NCBI GenBank assembly: GCA_965249485.1
Contig: OZ252239.1
Location: 2,976,001-3,040,000, forward strand
DNA: 64,000 bases
Origin: a bacterium
GTDB lineage: Bacteria > SM23-31
Direction of reading: 5' to 3'
The position numbers and the translations under genes are program-made. The notes below the pieces were generated by a model. It searched no databases. It was given only the letters and a program-made list of their open reading frames with translations, and was not told where the DNA came from. Positions 1-9,800 of this stretch are shown one piece after another. Each line of letters starts with the position of its first letter. Position 1 is the stretch's first letter.

Positions 1-618
1 GATCACTGTCTCACCGGGAGGAGCAATTTGTACAACATCAGGATTACTCTCAAATCCTTCAAGTATGAAGGTCAGCGGGGCAACCTGCTGCCAGGCAGTA
101 GAAAGCGTTTCCATCGCTTTCTCGATAATCTTTTTCATGATTGTTTGTTCGATCGTTGTAATCACCCGTGCTTCCTCAGTCGCCTGCCCTTTTCCACCGA
201 ACAAACGGTCAACAACATAAAGGACAAGGTTGGGGCTGAGCTCAAGGATCGCAACTCCATTAAGTTCTTCAACTCTGAATATATAGATACAGCTCGGATC
301 CGAAATTGAAAGGATAAATTCGGAATACTGGAGCTGGTCAACCGATATCAGATTTATATCAACAATTGTACGAAGCCGGACAGCAAGATATGCATTAAAC
401 GTCTTTGCAAATGTTTCATGAATCGTCTGGAGTGTTCTTAATTGGTCTTTTGAAACACGGTTCGGATGTTTAAAGTCATAAACGTTTGCCGCTTTTCCTT
501 CCATCGCAACATCATCATCACCATAATCATCGTCACCTCCTTCTAATCCTCCAGAATCTTCATCGCTTACAGAAGAAAGCAACGCATCAATTTCTTTTTG
601 TGATAATATTTCAGCCAT
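1..618 (-). CDS. fliM: Flagellar motor switch protein FliM (5' part; runs off the window edge)
   Basis: Manual translation from ATG at 618: MAEILSQKEIDALLS (CheY-binding LSQxEIDALL motif)...YDFKHPNRVSKDQLRTL; follows fliL. Not in the ORF track because there is no stop in the window. Confidence 0.95.
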   Translation of the reverse strand, partial: MAEILSQKEIDALLSSVSDEDSGGLEGGDDDYGDDDVAMEGKAANVYDFKHPNRVSKDQLRTLQTIHETFAKTFNAYLAVRLRTIVDINLISVDQLQYSEFILSISDPSCIYIFRVEELNGVAILELSPNLVLYVVDRLFGGKGQATEEARVITTIEQTIMKKIIEKAMETLSTAWQQVAPLTFILEGFESNPDVVQIAPPGETVI

Positions 619-628
619 GAGTAGTCCT

Positions 629-1162
629 TTACTGGGTGATTATCTGTAAAAACACTCTATTTACTCTATTGTCACTATCTGTTTCAAGATAATAAATATT
701 CATTTGATCACGGATTTTTATCTTAAGAGTATCTTGAACCGCAGGGTCAAGAATTTGTTTAAATGCAAACTTACTTAACTCGTCTTTTATAACATCTGTA
801 ACAAGCCCTGCACGTCTTGTCAACTCGGGGATAAGACTTGGCACGGATTCAAAAGTCGCATTGATAACAAGATTTTTAACACGTCCACGCTCATCAAGCA
901 TTGAGTGTACTACCTCAGGATGAATATATTCCATGCCATATTCTGTATCGGCAATACTTATCTCGACTACCACTTCTTCACCCTCTTCAGGAGCATCACC
1001 TAATATAAAACTAAGTGGACCGAAAAATACAAGAACTACGGCTATTACGACAAAGGCACCGAGTATAATAATCATCTTGAGTGGGCTGCCGCCTTTGCCC
1101 TTTTCTGGTTGGGGTTCGCCACCCTCGTCGCCTAAACCCTCATCTTCCAATTCGTCTTCCAT
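629..1162 (-). CDS. fliL: Flagellar basal body-associated protein FliL
   Basis: Single N-terminal TM helix; C-terminal LKxKIRDQMN...VNRVFLQIITQ; lies between motB and fliM. Confidence 0.85.
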   Translation of the reverse strand: MEDELEDEGLGDEGGEPQPEKGKGGSPLKMIIILGAFVVIAVVLVFFGPLSFILGDAPEEGEEVVVEISIADTEYGMEYIHPEVVHSMLDERGRVKNLVINATFESVPSLIPELTRRAGLVTDVIKDELSKFAFKQILDPAVQDTLKIKIRDQMNIYYLETDSDNRVNRVFLQIITQ

Positions 1163-1172
1163 TGAAAACTCC

Positions 1173-1931
1173 TTAGTAGCTTATGTTTAACTCGTCTAAA
1201 TATGACCGGACATTCTGCGGAATGTCTCCCGCACCACGTTCATACCGTATGAGAATTTCTACTCGCCGGTTTTTTGCCTTACCCTGATCTGTTTCATTTG
1301 ATTCTATTGGCCGGTATTCGCCCATCGGAATAGGTACCATGTTTTCTTCCGCAATTCCTTGAATTGCAAAAAACCGTAACACTTCGTATGACCGTCCGAA
1401 TGAAAGCTCCCAGTTATCTCGAAATTCAACATTTGCGCGAATTGGGTCGCTGTCGGTATGGCCGTAAATAATTATTTTATTCGGCCACCCCCGTGCGATA
1501 TTTGCTACTGATGCCAAGAGCAGCAGAATAGGATCTTTCAACCTTGCTCTACCCTGATCAAACAGGACCGAATCACTAATGGTTATGAGAATGCCTTCTT
1601 CTGTCGTTTCGAGTTTTACCGCTTCTGCAACATCCATCTCCGATGTCGCTTCTTGCAGTTCAACGATACTTTCAGAGATTTCAGACTCTTGTAAATTCGA
1701 AAGCTGCGGCACAGGTATATTCTGAGGAACCATCACCGACTGTTCATGAGGAAGCACACCAAGCGCGCCTTTCAATGAACCGATAGCTCTCCGAAATTTC
1801 GCCTCCCTCATGGAGGAGAATGACAAAAGCAACACAAAAAATGTCAAAAGTAATGTCATCATATCGCCGTAGGTCATCATATACGCTGGCGCACCTACCG
1901 GTGGACATTCTTTCTCTTTTTTCCCAGGCAT
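1173..1931 (-). CDS. motB: Flagellar stator protein MotB
   Basis: YMMTYGDMMTLLLTFFVLL TM with the conserved Asp; OmpA-like domain GHTD...NWELSxxR...NRRVEI. Confidence 0.95.
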   Translation of the reverse strand: MPGKKEKECPPVGAPAYMMTYGDMMTLLLTFFVLLLSFSSMREAKFRRAIGSLKGALGVLPHEQSVMVPQNIPVPQLSNLQESEISESIVELQEATSEMDVAEAVKLETTEEGILITISDSVLFDQGRARLKDPILLLLASVANIARGWPNKIIIYGHTDSDPIRANVEFRDNWELSFGRSYEVLRFFAIQGIAEENMVPIPMGEYRPIESNETDQGKAKNRRVEILIRYERGAGDIPQNVRSYLDELNISY

Positions 1932-1934
1932 CCT

Positions 1935-2699
1935 TTATTCTTCTTTCAGCACCCGTTCCTTTGGTGCTATAAATGAGTTCAATTTTTGCTCAACAATTCT
2001 GGGATTATCTCCCGACTGTATTGAAAGAATCCCCTGTATCATTAAGGTACGCATCAGTAATTCTTCTTTTGTGCGTCCTTTTAATTTTGTGTTCAATGGA
2101 ATAAAAATCATATTCGCCATTATCGAGCCGTAAAATGTCGTAATCAAAGCGACAGCCATACCGGGACCCAAAGCATCCGGATCACTCAGGTTCGCAAGCA
2201 TCAGAATAAGACCGATCAGTGTCCCGAGCATTCCCCATGCCGGAGCCAGACTTGCGAACTGGTCCATCTGGTCCTGACCTTTTTTGTGGCGCTCTTCCAG
2301 ATAGAACAACTCGGTTTCCATGATGTCTTTGAGCAGTTCAGGCTCTGTTCCGTCAACGGCAAGTTGAATTCCGTTTTTTAAAAAGGTATCGGTTACTTCT
2401 TCCATTTGTTTTTCCAAAGCAAGAATTCCTTCGCGACGGGCACGTTCAGCAAATTTCACAAGCAGACCTATGATCTCAGCGGGATCTTCTTCCGTCATGG
2501 AAAGAGTGTTTTTAATTATATTAATAAAATTTGTCAGTTCCTTCATAGTGTATGATGTTACAATTGCGGATACTGTTCCGCCAACTGTAATCATTATGGA
2601 AGGTGCGTTGTAAAAAAGTACTGGTGACCCTCCAAGAAGCATGGTAACCAGGACAAAAATCACGCCCAGAACAATCCCTAAAATGGTCGTTATATCCAT
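1935..2699 (-). CDS. motA: Flagellar stator protein MotA/PomA
   Basis: ARREGILALE, APAWGMLGTLIGLI, GPGMAVALITTFYG motifs. Confidence 0.95.
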   Translation of the reverse strand: MDITTILGIVLGVIFVLVTMLLGGSPVLFYNAPSIMITVGGTVSAIVTSYTMKELTNFINIIKNTLSMTEEDPAEIIGLLVKFAERARREGILALEKQMEEVTDTFLKNGIQLAVDGTEPELLKDIMETELFYLEERHKKGQDQMDQFASLAPAWGMLGTLIGLILMLANLSDPDALGPGMAVALITTFYGSIMANMIFIPLNTKLKGRTKEELLMRTLMIQGILSIQSGDNPRIVEQKLNSFIAPKERVLKEE

Positions 2700-2769
2700 A
2701 TACGCTCCAATAAATTCTTAACCGTTCATTATCCGAAAATCTACCGCCCTATAGCGTGGTAATATTCCA

Positions 2770-3036
2770 TTAATCGTCAGACTTCCGATTACTTGCAGAA
2801 TTATTCTTGTTATACAAGTCTAATTCTCCATTTGTCATCGGTTTATATTTTTTTTCCGGAAAACAAAGCCGACGATAGTCGATAACTTTTTTAATGACCT
2901 CGTCAGCAGTGTTACGAACGATAATCTTCTTCCCTGTTGTCGTTGTTATAATTGTATCTGGTGCTGATTCGATGAATTCAATCAGCTCAGCATTCATCAC
3001 CATTTCAGAACCGTTAAGACGTGTTACGCTTATCAT
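2770..3036 (-). CDS. flbD: Flagellar protein FlbD/SwrD family
   Basis: MISVTRLNG...NAELIEFIESAPDTIITTTTGKKIIV signature; directly upstream of motA. Confidence 0.9.
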   Translation of the reverse strand: MISVTRLNGSEMVMNAELIEFIESAPDTIITTTTGKKIIVRNTADEVIKKVIDYRRLCFPEKKYKPMTNGELDLYNKNNSASNRKSDD

Positions 3037-3073
3037 ATATTCCTACTTGTAATACAAACACTAAGTTGACAGT

Positions 3074-3089
3074 GGCAAGTTTCCTGCCA
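3074..3089 (-). promoter_or_regulatory. sigma54 (-24/-12) promoter for flbD-motAB-fliL-fliM
   Basis: Minus strand reads TGGCAGGAAACTTGCC (GG-N10-GC), ~38 nt upstream of the flbD ATG. Confidence 0.75.
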
Positions 3090-3113
3090 ATTAAATAAAT
3101 ATTCAATAAATAT

Positions 3114-3140
3114 TAAAGATTAAAATTTAATTACCGATAC
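3114..3140 (+). promoter_or_regulatory. Candidate sigma28 (FliA) promoter
   Basis: TAAA-N15-ACCGATAC versus consensus TAAA-N15-GCCGATAA. Confidence 0.55.
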
Positions 3141-3146
3141 ATGATA

Positions 3147-3259
3147 ACAGTTTTTAAACCGAATGAAAGAAAAATATCCTATATTAAAATCAGTGATTAT
3201 AGTCACTTACATCGTTTTCAGACGAAAAATCCCCCCGGAATTCCCGAGGGGATTTTTTT
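3147..3259 (+). ncRNA. Candidate sigma28-dependent small RNA (~110 nt)
   Basis: Bounded by the sigma28-like promoter and an intrinsic terminator with a 7-T tail; internal hairpin AGTGA-TTATAG-TCACT; no credible CDS. Confidence 0.35.
3225..3259. terminator. Bidirectional intrinsic terminator downstream of flgE
   Basis: AAAAATCCCC-CCGGAATTCCCGA-GGGGATTTTTTT inverted repeat with T tracts on both strands. Confidence 0.85.
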
Positions 3260-3368
3260 ATATGACATTATCATCATTGTTCTTCATAAAAGGTCAACGA
3301 TTTCCATCCGAATCGGAAGAACATGGAAAATATTTCCTTACCTCCTACCCGGAATTACTTAAGACCTA

Positions 3369-5519
3369 TTATGATTTCAAGTTGACAACTTCCGTCAGGA
3401 ATTGGTCACCAACTGTTATGATTCGTGCCGACGCCTGGAAACCTCTCTGTGCCACGATCATATTGGTAAATTCCTGAGAAACATCAACATTCGACTGTTC
3501 GAGCGCACCCGTTACGATCGAACTCTGAATTGCTGTTCCGGCAGCACCGATAATCGGAACTCCTGGGTTTGCTGTTTGTGAGAAGGCATTATCGCCAACT
3601 CGCAGCAGACCGCTCGGATTATTGAATACCGCTATCGAAACCTGTGCAAGAAGCAGCGTTCTACCATTCGTAAACTGACCGGTAATTTGCCCGGTTTCGT
3701 CGAAAGATATTCCGCTTAACTCTCCCAGTCCGAATCCATCCTGGTCATTTGCAACCAGAGATGTATCCGTACCAAGTTGTGTGATACCGTTAAATGCAGC
3801 CACAGTTCCGACATCAACACCGATGGTTACCGGGTTCAACGCTCCTGTCTTCGGCTCGAACTGAAACGATGTTGCAGCTCCGTCGAATATGAAACTGGCA
3901 AGCGATCCATCAGTCCTAAACGCTATGACCCCTGTTTCACCTCCTGATGGCGATGCAGGTTCAGCGGTTCCTAATTGAAACGTCCACCTGTTATCGATCT
4001 TTGCATCTTTCGTAAATGACAGTGTCATAATATGCCGCTGTCCGAGGGAGTCGAATACGGTCGCTGAAGCAGCAGCGGTCACATCTTTTGCTGACTGTGA
4101 TTCTACATAATTATTCGGTGTACTATCATACAGCGAATTAAAAGATGCCACGTCAACACCACCTGCCGTTTGAGCAGTAACATTGAGAGCAGTAATTTCG
4201 TTTGTAGTACCTCCGTCTCCGTTAATTAGGAGCTGTCCGTCACTATTCAAAAGAACTGAACCTGTTGTAATGTCGAGAGAGCTTCTGATAATTTCCGTAA
4301 ATGAGCCAATATCAGAAGCTGCATCCAGCGTCAAAGTGGTAATACAGGTAATGATTCTTCCGCCGAGGCGGCCATCAATAGAAATTACACTGCCTACATC
4401 AAGCCCGATGTCCGCACCCAAGGAATTTCTCAGGTTGGTTAGCAAATCAGCATCCGTTGCAGTATGGGAATACTGGTTTGTTGTCGAGGCAGCTTGTCCA
4501 AGTGTATCGTTATTTGCTGTTTCGAGTGAGCGCTGAAGGTTACTATTTGTACTGGTAATTCTCAATGAATTATTACCTGCAAGCGCGGCTCCCAGCCTGG
4601 TAAATGTTATAACACCTTCATCATCAAGTGCTGCGCTCAACGTGTTGGTTCCTGCTGCGCCAAATACTGCTGTGATTCCTTCAGTCATATCGTTAAGAGA
4701 AGTGAAGTCGAAATTACTTGCGGTATTTGTCTCGACATAGGTGAAGACAAATGCATCGTCGTCATCGAACAGCCCGTCACCATTCCTATCGATCCCATCG
4801 TTTATTGTTACCGTTGTTGTATTTGCGGTAATACCTTCGAGGACCGTTGTTAAGCCGGTGGTTGTGTTCAGGGCAAGCATACCCTGAATATTCGAATTAC
4901 TGCCCGGCTGGGTCGTTCCGCTTAATTCTTTCGCAAATACTGCCTGGGACCGCAATATCGTACCTAACGGTTTTTCACCAGCATTCAGGTTACCGGTAAA
5001 TGAAACCTGTGTCGTTGCTCTTGCAGGAGATTTTTGACCGAACGGCAATTTAATACCACCAATTGCACCACCGGTCTGGATATTCCCCTGAGGATCTGCA
5101 GTGATCCCCTGAACTTTTGCACCGTTATTCGGGTTAATCAGGTTTCCTACTGCATCGAACTGAAACGCACCGGACCGCGTAAATAATTCATTTTTACCGT
5201 CATTCACAATAAAAAATCCGCTGCCCTGTATCGCAAGGTCTGTCGTAAAACCAGTAGTTTCAAGCGAACCCTGCGTATGGAGAACGTCCACACTTCCTAT
5301 TGAGGAACCGACACCGACCTGCTTTGGATTGATCAATCCACCGCCGGTTCCGGCACTGGCACCCTGCAACAGGAATGCGAATGATTCTTCAAAGGTCATC
5401 CGGCTTACTTTAAATCCAAATGTATTGACGTTTGCGATATTATTCGCTACAACGTCCATCATTGAACCGTGGTTCCGTAAGCCTGACACCCCTGAAAATA
5501 ATGCCCGTGATATACCCAT
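3369..5519 (-). CDS. flgE: Flagellar hook protein FlgE (long form, ~716 aa)
   Basis: SGVSGL...DVVANNIANVNTFGFK N-terminus; LEQSNVDVSQEFTNMIVAQRGFQASARII C-terminus. Start placed at ATG 5519 behind a GGAGG RBS, not at the ORF-track 5552. Confidence 0.95.
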   Translation of the reverse strand: MGISRALFSGVSGLRNHGSMMDVVANNIANVNTFGFKVSRMTFEESFAFLLQGASAGTGGGLINPKQVGVGSSIGSVDVLHTQGSLETTGFTTDLAIQGSGFFIVNDGKNELFTRSGAFQFDAVGNLINPNNGAKVQGITADPQGNIQTGGAIGGIKLPFGQKSPARATTQVSFTGNLNAGEKPLGTILRSQAVFAKELSGTTQPGSNSNIQGMLALNTTTGLTTVLEGITANTTTVTINDGIDRNGDGLFDDDDAFVFTYVETNTASNFDFTSLNDMTEGITAVFGAAGTNTLSAALDDEGVITFTRLGAALAGNNSLRITSTNSNLQRSLETANNDTLGQAASTTNQYSHTATDADLLTNLRNSLGADIGLDVGSVISIDGRLGGRIITCITTLTLDAASDIGSFTEIIRSSLDITTGSVLLNSDGQLLINGDGGTTNEITALNVTAQTAGGVDVASFNSLYDSTPNNYVESQSAKDVTAAASATVFDSLGQRHIMTLSFTKDAKIDNRWTFQLGTAEPASPSGGETGVIAFRTDGSLASFIFDGAATSFQFEPKTGALNPVTIGVDVGTVAAFNGITQLGTDTSLVANDQDGFGLGELSGISFDETGQITGQFTNGRTLLLAQVSIAVFNNPSGLLRVGDNAFSQTANPGVPIIGAAGTAIQSSIVTGALEQSNVDVSQEFTNMIVAQRGFQASARIITVGDQFLTEVVNLKS

Positions 5520-5551
5520 GTAATACCTCCATGGTTTAAGGTTATGACACA

Positions 5552-5603
5552 ACCCGTATCAATCGATCAACGGGTCAGGGCCTCCTATCAAGGACCAGCC
5601 CTG
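5552..5603 (-). ncRNA. Candidate structured cis-regulatory RNA in the flgE 5' leader (two abutting hairpins)
   Basis: CAGGGCU-GG-UCCU-UGAU-AGGA-GGCCCUG directly followed by ACCCGU-UGA-UCGAUU-GAU-ACGGGU; GC-rich island in an AT-rich spacer; no U tail. Confidence 0.6.
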
Positions 5604-5679
5604 TTCAGTTAGTTGATTTCTATTTACGTAAAATGGTTATACAATAATCTTTCTGAAAATTTAACCAAACCAATTACAC

Positions 5680-6090
5680 TTATGCTAGTACTGTACTGTC
5701 AATATTGGTAATAACGTTTTCTTGCATCTGATCCTGAGTCATTGCGGTCACTACCGTTTTATTTTTCACACTGACAATAAACGCTAGATTGTTCAAAATA
5801 ATCAGTGAGTCACGGCTTCCTTTTTCTTCCGCTTTCTGTACTGCTTTGGATAAACGCGCAACATCCTCATTCTGTACCGAAATATTACGTGCATGCAGTC
5901 GGCTTATCGCATGCGAAGAGAACTTGATTTCAGGTACTTGCGACTTTTCCAGAGAACTTTCGAGAATGCTCTGAAACTGACCTTTTTCAATCTGCGAAGC
6001 TTGTGCTCTGCTTTTCGGTTCCAGCTCCTTAAGCTGGCCAAGACGTTGTATATTAAGCAAATTCATCTTGATTGTTCCTTTTGAATCCAT
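5680..6090 (-). CDS. Flagellar operon protein, TIGR02530 family
   Basis: IKFSSHAISRLHARNI...KAEEKGSRDSLIIL...AFIVSVKNKTVVTAM...NVITNIDSTV signature; lies between flgD and flgE. Confidence 0.9.
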   Translation of the reverse strand: MDSKGTIKMNLLNIQRLGQLKELEPKSRAQASQIEKGQFQSILESSLEKSQVPEIKFSSHAISRLHARNISVQNEDVARLSKAVQKAEEKGSRDSLIILNNLAFIVSVKNKTVVTAMTQDQMQENVITNIDSTVLA

Positions 6091-6106
6091 TCATTAAACA
6101 TTTGTC

Positions 6107-6799
6107 CTATTCACTTCCCGGTAAATCCGGTAAAATAGTATTAATCTCCTGCATCGGTATTTCAACACCATTAACTAAGAGAAAAGCGACGCAATCGTGG
6201 AAACGGACTGCCTGAACAGTTCCGGCAGTCATTGCAGTACCAGCAACACTATTACCATCTGCTCCTTCAGCAATTACCTCAAACAAATACTCACCGTCCG
6301 CCACAAGATTGCCGTTCTTATCAACGCCATCCCATGTAAATTGGTGGACACCTTTCGGTTGAGCCCCGAGGTTGTTCTCAATCAAAACATTACCGACTTT
6401 TGTTTTCACTCGAATCTTAACACCACTTGCCGCATCTGTCAACGCATACTGCATGAGACTGTGATTTGGTGCAATGTGGACAAACCTGTTATCTTCTGCT
6501 AACACCTGCTTGCCGATCAAATTCGCAGCAAAAGAGTTCGAAATCGACTGTGTAAGCGTTGTATTCGACTCCTGTGACTGCTGCATGGTCTCGTTCAAAT
6601 TTGTCAATTGTTCAAGTGACGAAAACTGTGCCAGCTGCGCTGCAAAATCCTGATTCTCCATTGGATCGAGAGGATTTTGATACTGCATCTGTGTCACGAG
6701 CAACAGGAGAAAATCTTCTTTCCCCAAAAGTCCGCTGACCTTTTCAACCTCTTCTTTTTTCGGTGGATTAAGCAGTACGTCTATTGGTGTAATTTCCAT
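6107..6799 (-). CDS. flgD: Hook capping protein FlgD
   Basis: LGKEDFLLLLVTQMQYQNPLDPM...QLAQFSSLEQ; Ig-like segment FTWDGVDKNGNLVADGEY. Confidence 0.95.
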   Translation of the reverse strand: MEITPIDVLLNPPKKEEVEKVSGLLGKEDFLLLLVTQMQYQNPLDPMENQDFAAQLAQFSSLEQLTNLNETMQQSQESNTTLTQSISNSFAANLIGKQVLAEDNRFVHIAPNHSLMQYALTDAASGVKIRVKTKVGNVLIENNLGAQPKGVHQFTWDGVDKNGNLVADGEYLFEVIAEGADGNSVAGTAMTAGTVQAVRFHDCVAFLLVNGVEIPMQEINTILPDLPGSE

Positions 6800-6826
6800 A
6801 ACAACTCCTTTGTATATGGGTATTAA

Positions 6827-9800
6827 TTAAACCACTAATTCCATGGTGTTATACCCAAAATTTCGACTTATCGCCTGGTTGTTGGTTTCGTCGTAAGGTA
6901 ACTCTTCAGTTAAATTATCATCATTTTGATTGAAATGATTTTGTGCTTCCCGATCATTCTTCATCCAGCGGGATTGGTTAAGATCCTGCTGCATATCCTG
7001 CTGAACATGTACATCAAAGGTCTGAATATCAACTCCTTTTTCCGCAATCGATTCCCGCAACTGAGCTAAATTATTCTGTAATAAAACTTTTGCTTCCTGT
7101 GTTTCAACTCTAACAATCGCCGACATTTGATTGTCTTCCATCTGAATACGGAGCATCATCTTACCTAAATGCGGTGGTACAAGACGCACTTGCATCTCCG
7201 ATACGCCTTTTCGGAGGCTCATTTGAGCATGACGCACTAAATGTTCAGCAAGGTCCTTCGACTCCCAGACTTCAGGCTGCCGATGAGTTGTCGGCATTTT
7301 ATCCGAATGTTCCTGAACCCGGAGAACATTTTGAATATCAAAAGCTTTACTAGCTTTTGAGTCAATTCCATTTGAATCAATAAATTCCTGAGTCACTGTA
7401 GGTTTTTCAAAGAGAGAATCACGGCGATCACCACTGTTGCCAGTGTGAGAATCGCTTGCCTCCTGAACAAAATAAGTATCGCCTCTTGATTTTGCATCAG
7501 GATTACTACCGTCATCACCGAATTCAATATCTTTTGAAGTTCGTGCTTCGTTTGTTTTTTCGACAAACATCCCTTGCACCTTCAAATTTTCACCTTCAAA
7601 TTTTTCAGAATAATCTGTAACGGATGTTTCGATTACAAAAGACACACTTTTAGGAACCTCAACTTTTGCAGCGTCATCTGTTCTGCCTACTATCTTAGAA
7701 GTGTCTTCATCTTCTCTCAAAATGGTTTGCACATCAACTTTATGCCCAGATTCGGGAACATGAACTTTTGTGTCTGTACTCACACTAATTGCCTGTTCGC
7801 GTTTTCCGTTATTGACAAGATCATCATTATCAGCGTCATCTTGCAATTGAATAGGCTCATTGTGTTCAGCATTTCTGTGATCTAAACCATTCTGATCGTC
7901 CGCCATAGTATTGCTGGATGGTTCAACGGTATTTAATGGAATTCTTATTGTGACAGGTCTATCATCTATCTGTTGAATCGCTTCAGGTTGATCAAGCGAT
8001 TTTGGTTGAACAACATAATCAATTTCGGATTGAACATGATCAATAACAACACCTTGTATAAGCTCATCCTCTTGTACTGAGGTACTCATACTATTGTACT
8101 GATTTACTTTAATTTCATTAGGATATTCACTAATACTCGGATTGATATTTTCAATATTACCTGTGCTGATTTCAAGAAGCCTTACTGCTGAGTCATATGA
8201 TATTCTGAGTAAAGACTGCGAATTATTGTCCTTTGTCGACATATCAACAGGAATATCAACATATCCGATTTCGGAGTCAGCAGAGTTCAAAGCTGTAGTC
8301 AGATTTGCGACCGAAATAACTAAATTCTGATCTTTGAATAGTGTGTTCCCGTTTAGTGTCTTAGATGCAACAGCTTCAATTTGAGAAACCTGAGGTAGTG
8401 TATTTTTAATACTTACCTCAGAGTTCGATTCAATCGAAATAGATAAAGACGTTTCATTTCCAGTGATATCTGCTAATCTGATTTCAACTTCATTGCTCAC
8501 TCTCTGAATAAGCGATTCGGAAACTCTATCAGTAAAATCATGATTAATGTTACTCCGCTGGAAATCCGTTAGCAAATCTAAATTGTGTTCAATATTATTA
8601 CCAATATTCTGTGATACTTCCATTCCGGATAAAACAGATGTAAACGAGAACTCAATCTTTTGTAAAGCATCGTGCATTTCTTCCGGCAGGGACGCAATAA
8701 AATTATCGATTGTCAACTGTGAAGAATTACTGCCGGAATGCAATAATGAGACCATTTGACTTAAGGAAGCCTGCAGTTTACTGATATCGATTTCCTTCGG
8801 TAACGAATTGTCTCGAACTGATACTTCAAATGTGAAAGTGTGTTTCGAAATATCTTGCTTAGGTGCGTTGGATTGAGCCTCTTGTATCAGAGAAGCAATT
8901 TCACTCCGAACATTTTCTGTTAAAAATGGAAATACTTGAGATAGGTTCGGAGTAATGTGCGAATTCTGATTTGATTTTGTTATCGGAACACTTAGATCAT
9001 TCGATTCAAGCTTATTTTTATTTGTTTCAGAATTGTTTGGAACAATATCTGAGTTTTCTTCATTTGATAAACTTCCGGCGATTTCAAAGCGTATAGTAAT
9101 AGCCTTATCATCACCATTTTCCGCCTGCAATGAAATACTGTTCAGTAATGAATGAATATCCTCGCTTGTTTCACCATTATAAGGTTTTCTCATATTATTC
9201 GATGAGAAGTTATCAGCCACGGTATTCTCTGTGGATCTGTTATATCTTACCAATGCATCGTTGATAGCGTCAACTATTTCCTGTGTATCGACAGAAATAA
9301 GAATGGAAGTTTCGGAATCACCCATTGTAATGGTTTCAGTAATATTTGTGTCCGAAAGATTGGCAATTTTTTCTAATACATTCAATAGCGAAACTGATGA
9401 ATCAGGAAGCGATAACGAACGAACGTTTTGCGTTATTATTTCCATGACTGGTTGGGCATGACTAAAATCTGCCGCATTGTCATTCAGCTGCTCTTTCTCA
9501 TTTTTATTTCCAGTGGATTGGAGATATTCTTGCTTCAATTCATCAATAACCGACCGCAAAATATCCTGAACAGAAATAGTATCCACTCTACCTGTATTGG
9601 AAACATTCTCTTTGCTTAAATTAGATAAATATTTTAAATCAAAAGTATTATTATTGCTCTTTGATGGTAATTCAAGAGGTGTGTTTACATGCTTCTCATT
9701 CTGAATCGGATCCTGAGATTGAACGTTAAGAGCAGGTATAGAAGGAATATCATTTTCAGGTAATACAGATTTATAATTACTGATGTTATCACTTGATATC

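Noticed and set aside
3141..3477. Plus-strand ORFs 3141-3362 and 3163-3477
   Set aside because: Both run through the terminator, lack an RBS and have no recognisable motifs.
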